From: Octopus sinensis
Lineage: Eukaryota
Length of the DNA: 62,797 nt
Direction of reading: 5' to 3'
Assembly: GCF_006345805.1 (NCBI RefSeq)
Contig: NW_021832133.1
Span: forward strand, 1 to 62,797
Program-made: the position numbers and the translations under genes
The notes under the pieces: model-generated
What the model was told of the DNA's origin: nothing
Databases searched by the model: none
Seen by the model: only the letters and a program-made list of their open reading frames with translations
Part shown: positions 51,987 to 62,797 of the stretch, one piece after another
How positions within the stretch are numbered: position 1 is the stretch's first letter
Layout: each line of letters starts with the position of its first letter

Positions 51987-52346
51987 GCAAAGAGAGTTGT
52001 AGTACCATCTACATTACAAAAACGTGTATTGCAGCAATTCCACAGCAGATACCCAGGTACATTGAGGATGAAAGCTCTGATGAGGAGCTACGTCAATTGG
52101 CTGACTATCAACCGGGGTATCGAAAAGTTGGTGAGAACTTGTTGAGGTTGCATGCTTGCAGCCAAATCCCTGTCAGTAAAATATCAATTGTGGCCAGAGA
52201 TTGAGAACCCATAGTCTAAGTTACATATCAACCAAGCTGGACCGATGAATGGTGCATACTATCTAATCATGGTAGACAGGTGTACAAAGTGGCCAGAGGT
52301 ATGCAGGTGCAATAAACCAATGGCTAAGACAACTATGAATTGTTTG
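51987..52346 (+). pseudogene. Ty3/Gypsy integrase fragment
   Basis: Manual translation: RVVVPSTLQKRVLQQFHSRYPGTLRMKALMRSYVNW..RTC*GC..WPEIENP*SKLHINQAGP..YLIMVDRCTKWPEV. Zinc-binding region and core start, two in-frame stops. Confidence 0.85.
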
Positions 52347-52401
52347 TGTGGTCTGGCACCTGTGCCAGTGGCACATAAAAAGCACCATCCAATCGTGGCC
52401 A

Positions 52402-52758
52402 TTTAGTTAGTTAGTTAATTTTTTGGCTCAAAAAGCAAGGCCATGTAGCGGGGACATGGAGTTATGTACAGGGTGGTGTTCATGTAAAGAGTTCAGGCCA
52501 CTTGTGGTCAAGGGAGACTTTGAACCGAGCGGTCATCGGCATCTTCACCATCTCATCCGGCAGCTTATTCCACGGATCCGCAACCAGGACGGAGAAAGCC
52601 CCTCTCCTTCGATTGAGATGAAATCGTCGCAGGTAGAGCTTTTCGGAGTGACCCCGCAGCCGACGCTCTGGAGCAGGCGTGAAGAACAGCTCTTTCGAGA
52701 GGTTACACTTTCCGCTTATGATGTTGTGAGCAAGAATGAGATCACCACGGAGGTGGAG
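52402..52758 (-). mobile_element. CR1-type LINE 3' fragment nested in an RTE 3' UTR
   Basis: LRGDLILAHNI..RRLRGHSEKL..FHLNRR..PWNKLP with an (AACT)n tail. RTE UTR on both sides. Confidence 0.8.
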
Positions 52759-52970
52759 TTTTGCCAGGCCTCCGTGCCGGTGGCACATAAAAAGCACCCA
52801 CAACACTCATGGAGTGGTTGGCGTTAGGAAGGGCATCCAGCTGTAGAAACATTGCCAGATCAGACTGGGCCTGGTGCAGCCTTCTGGCTTCCCAGACCCC
52901 AGTTGCACCGTCCAACCCATGCTAGCATGGAAAGCGGACGCTAAATGATGATGATGATAATATATATGTA

Positions 52971-53468
52971 GGTGCAGGCATGGCTGTGTATGATAAGAGG
53001 CATGGTTCCCAGTTTAGTTCCACTGCGTGGCACCTAGGGCAAGGGTCTTCTACTATAGCATCAGGTTGACCGAAGACTTGTGAGTGGATCTGGTGAACAG
53101 AAACTGAAAGAAGCTCATTGTACACATGCGGCAAGAAGCTTGCTTCCCAACCACATGGTTCCGGGTTCAGTCCCACTACGTGGCACCTTGAGCAAGTGTC
53201 TTCTACTATAGCCTTGAGCTGACCAAAGCCTTGTGAGTGGATTTGGTAGCTGGAAACTGAAAGAAGCCTGTCGTATATATATATATATAGGTGCAGGAGT
53301 GGCTGTGTGGTAAGTAGCTTGCTTACCAACCACACGGTTCCGGGTTCAGTCCCACTACGTGGCACCTTGAGCAAGTGTCTTCTACTATAGCCTTGAGCTA
53401 ACCAAAGCCTTGAGCTGACCAAAGCCTTGTGAGTGGATTTGGTAGCTGGAAACTGAAAGAAGCCCGTC

Positions 53469-53509
<41 letters not shown>

Positions 53510-53675
53510 TGCAGGAGTGGCTGTGTGGTAAGTAGCTTGCTTACCAACCACACGGTTCCGGGTTCAGTCCCACTACGTGGCACCTTGAGCAAGTGTCTTC
53601 TACTATAGCCTTGAGCTGACCAAAGCCTTGTGAGTGGATTTGGTAGCTGGAAACTGAAAGAGTCCTGTCGTAATA
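52971..53675 (+). repeat. Tandem SINE-A 5' halves
   Basis: Three near-identical heads sharing the variants CCTTGAGCTGACC and GGTAGCTGGAAAC, plus one older head. Confidence 0.8.
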
Positions 53676-54200
53676 TATATATATATATACACTCGGTGTG
53701 GTTGGCATTAGGAAAGGCATCCAGCCGTAGAAACACTGCCAAATCAGACTGGGCCTGGTGCAGCCTCCTGGCTTCCCAGACCCCAGTTGAACCGTCCAAC
53801 CCATGCTAGCATGGAAAGCGGACGCTAAACGATGATGATGATATGGTGTTCCAAACACATTAGTTTCTCATAATGGAATGCAATTCTTGGGTATGAATTC
53901 AAGAACTTCTGTAAAATGCATGGTAAGGAAGGCTGGGAGGATGGCCTTGTAACCCCAAAAAATAGGAAGTATGATGTATTTAATTAAAGGATCACACTGG
54001 GAATATAAGAGACACATAAGTCAACTAAAGAAGAGATATACCAAAGAATGGAGAGAAATTCCTTAGGAAGTATTTTTTGATGTATTCAATGTCCCAGCAC
54101 TGAAGCTAATGGGGTCCCATAGAACCAACACAAGAAAACGGAAGCAGACCAAACACCTTGATAAGGCCCAAGCGAAAAAATGCTAAAAAGTAATAATAAT

Positions 54201-54592
54201 AGGCGCAGGAGTGGCTGTGTGGTAAGTGGCTTGCTTACCAACCACATGGTTCCCGGTTCAGTCCCACTGCGTGGCATCTTGGGCAAGTGTCTTCTACTAT
54301 AGCCTCGGGCCGACCAAAGCCTTGTGAGTGGATTTGGTAGACGGAAACTGAAAGAAGCCTGTCTTATATATGTATATATATATATATGTATGTGTGTGTA
54401 TATATTTGTGTGTCTTTGACAACCAATGCTGGTGTGCTTATGTCCCTGTAACTTAGCGGTTCGGCAAAAGAGACCGATAGAATAAGTACTAGGCTTACAA
54501 GGAATAAGTCCTGGGGTCGATTTGCTCGACTAAAAGGTGGTGTTCCAGCATAGCTGCAGTCAAATGACTGAAACAAGTAAAAAGAGTAAAGA
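54201..54592 (+). mobile_element. SINE family A
   Basis: Full-length copy. Confidence 0.85.
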
Positions 54593-55904
54593 GTAATAGA
54601 TTAAATTTCTTTATTCCTTCAGAATAGCACCTACCTCAGTACCCTCACCACACACATACCTATTTCTTTACTACCCACAAGGGGCTAAACACAGAGGGGA
54701 CAAACAAGGATATATAAAGGGATTAAGTCGATTACTTCGACCCCAGTGCGTAACTGGTACTTAATTTATTGACCCCAAAAGGATGAAAGGCAAAGTCGGC
54801 CTTGGCGGAATTTGAACTCAGAACGTAACGGCAGATGAAATACTGTTAAGAATTTCGCCCGGCATGCTAACGCTTCTGCCAGCTCACCGCCTTATTCTTT
54901 TAATGTTTTCTCTCATGAACTGACACTTGAGGACACAGGACCTATTTAACCCTTACACAGGTTCATGTGATATCAGGGCATGTCCATACTCTGGAGGGGC
55001 TGTGGGATACATGTTTAGCAACCAACCATCTTCTGGGTTCTGATTTACAAGAACCCCCTTTGCCTCGTTCCCTTCTCTCATACCTTAACTCACTTCTTCT
55101 AGAATTATGCCCCTCCCCTCAAATTTATCTGTCTTGTGAGCTTCCTGGTTCCCTCACTGGGTGGTGGTGACACAAGAAAAGCACCCTGTATGCAGTGGAA
55201 AGTGGTTGGTGTTATGAAGGACATCCAGCCATAGAAACCATGTAAGGGTCAACGCTAGGGCATGATGCAGTTGTTGAGCCTGTCAGATCTTGTCAAACGG
55301 TCCCCAACCCATGCCGGCAGCAAGGGACACAGCATGAACATTAAATGAGAATGACGATGATGATGATGATGATGAGAGCAATGTACTTGCTAACATACAA
55401 TTTGCAAAACAACAAGGGCAATGTGGTCAGTTAGTTGGTTTTAGTGTTTTTTTGGGTCGATGTCCTGACCACAGGGTGGGAAAAGAGTTAAAACAAGAAA
55501 AAAACAGAAAAACATGGGTGGGAAGATAAAAAGAAGAGGGGGAGGTGGAGGGAAAGGGGAAAAGAGAGAGGGTGAAACAGGAGAGGGAGATGGGTGGCAG
55601 AGGGGTAAATAGAAGGCGACGGGGGGTGGTGGACAGATCTGACAAAAAGCTTTATGTTGATAAGGAGTCTTTTAATCTGTACACACCTAGGTATGAGAAA
55701 TATATATATACACATACACACACACATATACATATATATGTATATATATAAATATACACATATATAAACATATATACAAACATATATACACACATATATC
55801 AAACATATATACACTCACATATATATATATAGATAGAGAGAGACACGGATACACACACATTTATTGTATGTGTGTTTGTCCCTATATATATATATATATA
55901 TATA

Positions 55905-56287
55905 CTCTTTACTCTTTTACTTGTTTCAGTCATTTGACTGCGGCCATGCTGGAGCACCGCCTTTAGTCGAGCAAATCGACCCCGGGACTTATTCTTTGTA
56001 AACCCAGTACTTATTCTATCGGTCTATTTTGCCGAACCGCTAAGTAACGGGGACGTAAACACACCAGCATCGGTTGTCAAGCAATGCTAGGGGGACAAAC
56101 ACAGACACACAAACACACACATACATATATATACATATATATGACAGGCTTCTTTCAGTTTCCATCTACCAAATCCACTCACAAGGCTTTGGTCGGCCCG
56201 AGGCTATAGTAGAAGACACTTGCCCAAGGTGCCACGCGGTGGGACTGAACCCGGAACCATGCGGTTGGTAAACAAGCTACTTACCAC
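55905..56287 (-). mobile_element. SINE family A
   Basis: Reverse-complement copy. Confidence 0.85.
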
Positions 56288-56301
56288 ATATATATATATA
56301 T

Positions 56302-57215
56302 ATCATCATCATCATCATCATCATCGTTTAACGTCCGCTTTCCGCGCTAGCACGGGTTGGACGGTTCGACCGGGTCTGGGAAGCCAGGGGCCGCTCCAGG
56401 CTCCAGTCTGAATCTGGCAGAGTTTCTACGGCTGGATGCCCTTCCTAACGCCAACCACTCCGTGAGTGGATTGGGTGCTTTTTACGTGCCACCTGCACAG
56501 GGGCCGGAGGGTCCGGCATCGTCACGATCGGTTCGAGCATTTTAACGTGTCAGCGGCACGGGGGCAACGAGGTCTGGGGTACTTTGGGGATCGGGGTACT
56601 TTGGGGATCCGGGGTACTTTGGGGATCCGGGGTACTTAGAATGGGTAGGGGGTATGTGGAATTGCTGCAGAAAGCAGCCTGGGTCTTTGTAGTCACAGCA
56701 TATCTCCAGAGATCTCGGTCCTTCGCCATTGCCTCAGTGAGGCCCAATGCTCTGAGGTCATGCTTGACCACCTCATCCCATGTCTTCCTGGGTCTACCTC
56801 TCCCCCTGATACCTTCAACTGTTTGGGAGTGGCACTTCTTCACACATCTCTCTTCATCCATCCGCAGCACATGACCATACCATCGCAAGCGTCGCTCTTG
56901 CACACCACATCTGATGCTTCTTATATCCAGCATTTCTCTCAGGATACTTACACTCTGTTTTGCGTGCACACTGACACTACACATCCAGCGGATCATGCTA
57001 GCTTCATTTCTTTCAAGTCTACGCATGTCTTCTGCAGTCACAGCCCATGTTTCATTACCGTGAAGCATGGCAGTTCGCACACATGCATCATACAATCTAC
57101 CTTTTGCTCTGAGGGAGAGACCTTTTGTTGCCAGTAGGGGTAGGAGCTTTCTGAACTTTGCCCAGGCTATTCGTATTCTAGTGGTGATACTCTCTGTGCA
57201 TCCACCTCCGCTACT
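56302..57215 (-). mobile_element. RTE LINE 3' fragment (ORF2 C-terminus, UTR, tail)
   Basis: 181-aa ORF with MLHGNETW, RRLRWYGHV and GRGRPRKTWDEVV. Small GGGGATCCGGGGTACTT tandem at 56578-56637. (GAT)n tail. Confidence 0.9.
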
Positions 57216-57219
57216 AACT

Positions 57220-57276
<57 letters not shown>

Positions 57277-57483
57277 TACTCTTTTTTCCACCTTGTTTCA
57301 CATTTATGTGTTTAATCTGGTATATATATATATACATATTTGAGTAGTTGAATGAATTATCTTATTAAGGATAATTCGAAAGATAACCGATACCTGGGTA
57401 GCAAATTCACATCAGAAAGAACACGCCATGGGCTCCTTGAGAGCAGTCAGCTAAAAGTTTTTTGTGCATTTTGATGTCGACAT

Positions 57484-57588
57484 AAGTTCCTTGCCTTTCC
57501 TGATGAGAAATCTGCATAATGTACTCCTTATTCCTTCGGAATTAGGAATATGCAGCCTTCGAAACATATGTCGAAAATAAAGGAAATT
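57484..57588 (+). ncRNA. Type I hammerhead ribozyme, Penelope-type minimal stem III
   Basis: Stem I TTTC/GAAA plus TTCCTT/AAGGAA, CTGATGA 57500-06, stem II GAA/TTC and CTGCATA/TATGCAG, GAAA 57561-64, C-ATAT-G, GUC triplet ending at 57572. Confidence 0.8.
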
Positions 57589-57849
57589 TGTTAACAAGTC
57601 GTTCAACTCCATTCTTTCACAAAAATATATATATACATATATATATATATAGTATATTAATCAAAATAAAAACATGATTCAAAGGATTTAGCAGTACATA
57701 TGTTTCTTGCCTTTCTACATTGAGTCAAAAGCAGGATGGACGCTTCGATTTCGTGTGGGTGCCCCACTCTGTCGTATGCGACTATGAAGATTTGCATCCC
57801 CAACGTAAGACTTATACTGTAATACATGTCCTTGAAGTAGTAATTGTAC

Positions 57850-57937
57850 GCGGCTGAAGAAGGCCATAGACACACATTTACATCAATTATGCATTGTTAT
57901 AAAACCGTCTAATAAAGGCCTGAAACATATGTACCGC
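57850..57937 (+). ncRNA. Type I hammerhead ribozyme, Penelope-type minimal stem III
   Basis: Stem I GCGG/CCGC, CTGAAGA 57854-60, stem II AGGCC/GGCCT and TAGAC/GTCTA, GAAA 57922-25, C-ATAT-G, GUA triplet ending at 57933. Confidence 0.8.
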
Positions 57938-58240
57938 TAAATCCTATGAATCATGTTTGTATTTTGATAAATATACTCTATCACCTACACCACTAAATGG
58001 TATATACAGGTGCTTACAACTATCAAGTATTCACCCTGAATTTATATATATATATATATATATATACAAATTGAGATAGGGGTTGTAAATGCAACCCTCC
58101 ATGGGATAACACACATCCAATATACTGCTAGTGAAGTACCCAACAAAGTTAATACATAAATGTTAAGGATTGCGATGCAATCAATTCATTTACTGTATTA
58201 TATGGGCAAAGGTAAAATGATTTACCACAAATTACTAATA

Positions 58241-58603
58241 CAAGATAAGAAAATGGAGAAATACATCTAAATCAATTATCAATTGCCAGATAATACTCAA
58301 TCACATACTTTATTAAACCACCACATAAGAGACTGTAGGGTTAAACATAAAAAAGTAGAACAAATCAGTGTACATAAAGGAATGTACATAAAAAAGTGTA
58401 CATAAAAGAGTAATGTTGTATAATAAGTAGAATATATATAAAAAAGAGAATATACATATAAGTAAATATAAATATAAGTATAGATTACATCTTACAGCTG
58501 TTTCGGCCATGTCTCTTATGTGGTGGTTTAATAAAGTATGTGATTGAGTATTATCTGGTAATTGATATTTGATTTAGGTGTATTTCTCCATTTTCTTATC
58601 TTG
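58241..58603. repeat. Inverted repeat (~93-bp arms) enclosing half a hammerhead
   Basis: Arms 58241-58333 and 58511-58603. GGCCGAAACAGCTGTAAG on the minus strand at 58491-58508. Confidence 0.75.
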
Positions 58604-58649
<46 letters not shown>

Positions 58650-59251
58650 CATTTGTCATTACACACGCACACAATAAATTTGTGTGTTGTGTGTTGTGTG
58701 TGTGTATTGTTTTTCTGGCTGTTTACACATTTTTCGGTGTTTTCTTTGATCAGGTGTTCAGATATTTCGAGTCACATGACCTTGGACAGACCACAAAAGA
58801 ACCGGAAAAAACAAATTTCAACTAAATTTAACTCATTACCCAGGATCTTCACAGACACACGGGACAATTAAATACATTTTTCATAATTAGTAAACAAGCT
58901 CTCTCATGAATTAAAACTGAAAGAGACAGGATGGAGGAATGCTAATGGCCCATCAACATGCAAGAAATAGCAGCTAAATGTCTCGCAATTTACACTGTGC
59001 CAACAGGAAATAGCAGGCAGATGTTAGCTAATGTTGCTTTACATCATCATCATCAATTAACATCTACCTTCCATGCTGGCATGGGTTAGAGGGTTTCACA
59101 GGAGCTGGCCAGGTAGGAGCCTGCACTAGACTTCTGTGCCTGTTTTGGCAATAGGTATTTAAACTTTTTTTTAGATTTTAATTATTTCTGTGTGTGGGGG
59201 GGGGGGGTCTTAGAAAGTATTACCTGCAATAGTCGAGGGATTCCTGTATAC

Positions 59252-59993
59252 CTTTTACTTGTTTCAGTCATTTGACTGCAGCCATGCTGGAGCACCGCCT
59301 TTAGTCGAGCAAAACGACCCCGGGACTTATTCTTTGTAAGCCCAGTACTTATTCTATCGGTCTCTTTTGCCGAACCGCTAAGTGACTGGGACGTAAACAC
59401 ACCAGCATCGGTTGTCAAGCAATGCTAGGGGACAAACACAGACACACACACATATATATATACATATACATATATACGACGGGCTTCTTTCAGTTTCCGT
59501 CTACCAAATCCACTCACAAGGCTTTGGTTGGCCCGAGGCTATAGTAGAAGACACTTGCCCAAGGTGCCACGCAGTGGGACTGAACCCAGAACCATCTTGG
59601 AGTTACTCTTTACTTGCTTTAGTCATTTGACTGCGGCCATGCTGGAGCACTGCCTTTAGTCGAGGGAATCAACCCCCAGGACTTATTCTTTGTAAGCCTA
59701 GTACTTATTCTATCGGTCTCTTTTGCCGAACCGCTAAGAGACGGGGACGTAAACACACCAGCATCGGTTGTCAAGCAATGCTAGGGGGACAAACACAGAC
59801 ACACACACATATATATATATACATATATACAATGGGCTTCTTTCAGTTTCTGTCTACCAATTCCACTCACAAGGCTTTGGTTGGCCCGAGGATATAGTAG
59901 AAGACACTTGCTCAAGGTACCACGCAGTGGGACTGAACCCGGAACCATGTGGTTGGTAAGCAAGCTACTTACCACACAACCACACCTGTGCCT
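59252..59993 (-). mobile_element. Two adjacent SINE family A copies
   Basis: Reverse-complement copies at 59252-59595 and 59606-59993. Confidence 0.85.
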
Positions 59994-60155
59994 ATGAGGA
60001 AGAACACCTGCTTACGGAAGCATCCAGTGAGACTGAACCCCATACCTTGACGGTCGTAGCTAGGCTATGCTTGGTTCAATTACAAGCCTGTGTAATCGGG
60101 GTTGATTTGGGGGTTAGACAATGACCTGACCTGACTCTTTGAACTTTGAACTTAC

Positions 60156-60217
60156 CACAAGCCGGTCTTGTTTCACTTCGTCCATTGAATCATCATCAAA
60201 CAGCATCAGGAGTTCAC
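60156..60217 (-). CDS. SUPT3H: SUPT3H exon (GELLMLFDDDSMDEVKQDRLV); upstream exons outside the window
   Basis: TTCTTCTTCAG acceptor, GTAAGT donor, 62 bp. Matches [21 protein letters not shown]. Confidence 0.92.
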
Positions 60218-61166
60218 CTGAAGAAGAAAAAAAACAAAAGGTCATTATCACCATCATCCACATCATCATCATCATCATCGTCATCACTGTCCCCAGCATC
60301 ATCATCGTTGTCATCATTGATACACACTGATGTAGTACACACAAGCATGTGCATCTACCGTACTCTGAACGCCCTGCTCCCCTGGGCAGGGGCCACATCG
60401 AAGCTCAGACGTCTGGCAACTGACTTGGTAGACACCCACAAGGTTATCCACCATCTTCCCAATAACAACCCTGGGGCCCTTTTTCAGACGATCCAATCAA
60501 CAGAACAGCCTGCTCATGAAATTAACATGTGAGTAGCTGAGTATTCCAGAGACCCACACGCCCTTAATGTAGTTCTCAGGAAGATCCAGCATGACATAAC
60601 AGACCCCCCCCCCATTGAATTACAGGTACAACTAATTTTTTGCCAGCTGAGTGTACTGGAGCAACGTGAAGCGAAAAGTCTTGCTGAAGGACACAACGCT
60701 GGTGGCATTCGGTGCCACCTGGTCCCGGAGGCCCTGCAAAGGAAGGCCCTGTGCATGAGCTGTGCTCCCCCAGAGCCAACAAATACAAAAACAGACAAAT
60801 AAATACAAAAACAGACAAATAAAAAACTACCTCCACACCCACGTTTCTCTGGCTTTCTTAGTTGAAACCTCACACGATTGTTTACTTGGGTCACCGTAAC
60901 CAGTCAATGCCCTCTGCAACCAATGAGGTTTATTTCCTGTATGAGTTTACCTGTCAAACAAATATCTATTGCTCATACAAAGGTGTACACACACACGTGT
61001 GCATATGAATAGGCATGTATAGGTGTGTGTATGTGTACACACATATATATTATATATACTTATACATATATGTATGTATGTGTGTGTATATATATATATA
61101 TATATATTACGGAGATGTACCTGCATAGCAAGTGATTTGATCTGAGATCGTGTGCTGAAACGAAAA

Positions 61167-61451
61167 CAATTGCCGCGTGGAAGGTGTTTATAAGCCATTT
61201 AAGAAACACACAAAAACCATTAGATTCACTTCAACATTTAAATTTAATTTGTCAAAATATTTTCGTTGCTTTAAGACCACGACCTCTGCACTGACAAAAA
61301 TCCAGATGCAGCACGGATTTTTGTCAGTGAACAGGTCGCGGTCTTAAAGCAACGAAAATATTTTGACAAATTAAACTTTAATGTTGAAGTGAATTGAATG
61401 GCTTTTGTGTGTTTCTTAAATGGCTTACAAACACCTTCCACGCTGCAATTG
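61167..61451. mobile_element. Foldback element (~137-bp arms, 11-nt loop)
   Basis: GTGGAAGGTGTTTATAAGCCATTTAAG... inverted around the loop at 61304-61314. Confidence 0.8.
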
Positions 61452-62217
61452 TATATATATATATATAATATATATATATTTCTTTACTACCCACAAGGGG
61501 CTAAACATAGAGGGGACAAATAGATTAAGTTGATTACATCGACCACAGTGCGTAATTGGTACTTTATTTATTGACCCCGAAAGAATGAAAAGCAAAGTCG
61601 ACCTCGGGGGAATTTGAACTCAGAACGTAATATATATATATCTTTATAGGTATTCATGCAAGGATCGTTAAGCCAGTGTTAGGAACATCAATTGCGACCA
61701 AGGTTTGGTGGAAGATTTTAATTCAGAACTTTTGAAAACAAGACATTTGTACCACAGAGCCAGAGGTGGTTTCAGGCAGGCTGGTATCAAAAGGGTTAAT
61801 TATAAGTTACAATTTCCAGCGAAATATATAACTTCACACCCAACCGGGCCTCATATATATTGTTGGATTTCAGGAAGGTAATTTTTGTTTTTTTTGCCAA
61901 ATAAACACTCACATTGTATATTCGTTCTTCACTTGTGTATTACTGTTCTTATTCTAAACTCATGTCTATTGTTTCACGGAGTAAGCAGAGCAAGAGCATA
62001 CACGAAGATGGAAAGTGTTCCTGAGGAGGTCACAGATGTGTGATGAAACGTTTCTGGACAATATACAGAATATATATATGCATATATTAGAAGGTAGTCA
62101 GAATGTTGGATGATTATATAAATTTTTTTATTTACACTTTTAAAATATAATGCATATATATGAATGTGTGTGTGTATATATATATATATATGTATGTATA
62201 TATATATTTATATATAT

Positions 62218-62271
<54 letters not shown>

Positions 62272-62797
62272 CATCATCATCATCATCATCATTTAGCGTC
62301 CGTTTTCCATGCTAGCATGGGTTGGACGGTTCAACTGGGGTCTGGGGAGCCCGAAGGCTGCACCAGGCCAGTCAGATCTGGCAGTGTTTCTACAGCTGGA
62401 TGCCCTTAACACACCAACACCACTCCGAGAGTGTAGTGGGTGATTTTATGTGCCACGACACAGGTGCCAGACGAGGCTGGCGAACGGCACGCTCGGATGG
62501 TGTTTTTATGTGCCACCGACACAGGTGCCAGACGAGGTTGGCAGACGCCACGCTCGGATGGTTTTTTTATGTGCCACCGACACAGGTGCCAGATGAGGCT
62601 GGCGAACGCCACGATCGGATGGTGTTTGTTACGTGCCCACAGCACGGAGGCCAGTCGATGCGGTACTGGCTACGGCCACGTACGGATGGTTTTCTTGTGT
62701 GCCACCGCACTGGTACCACAAAGATACAAATTCCATTGATGTTCATCTATTTTGATTTGTTTTGATTTTCACTTGCCTCAACAGGTCTTCACAAGTG
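62272..62797 (-). mobile_element. RTE 3' UTR and tail with several ~60-bp UTR repeats
   Basis: (CAT)n, tail and repeated CTCGGATGG..TGTGCCACCGACACAGGTGCCAG units. Confidence 0.8.

Noticed and set aside
52077-52130. CTGATGA as a hammerhead core (also 13256)
   Set aside because: Part of integrase codons (ALMR) and RT codons (YADD); no stems I-III.

Overview
Repeat-dense, AT-rich animal genomic DNA, most likely an octopus/coleoid cephalopod (inferred from tandem CDICGKSF-type C2H2 zinc-finger genes and the SINE/RTE/microsatellite content). No bacterial features or CRISPR. Left half: a C2H2-ZNF cluster (partial gene at the left edge, 9-finger gene 6524-7297, 11-finger gene 31937-32965, a pseudogene near 24.4-25.8 kb). 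The three genes share one duplicated promoter/non-coding exon 1/leader cassette. A decayed Tc1 element sits in intron 1 of the first gene, a nest of Merlin fragments and MITEs in intron 1 of the third, and two related ~159/160-bp satellites occupy 10.4-23.1 kb. Right half: six minus-strand coding exons of SUPT3H (SAGA subunit Spt3), read by hand from splice sites; its 5' exons are outside the window. The introns carry SINEs, RTE/CR1/Gypsy relics, Helitron-like elements and many foldbacks. Most striking: several Penelope-type minimal hammerhead-ribozyme motifs (including a same-strand pair 361 nt apart and a tRNA-headed element with a hammerhead tail), a frameshifted zinc-finger module amplified into an 82-bp minisatellite, and a cryptic ~600-bp AT-rich tandem array hidden by later TE insertions. 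TE boundaries were placed by eye and are approximate.
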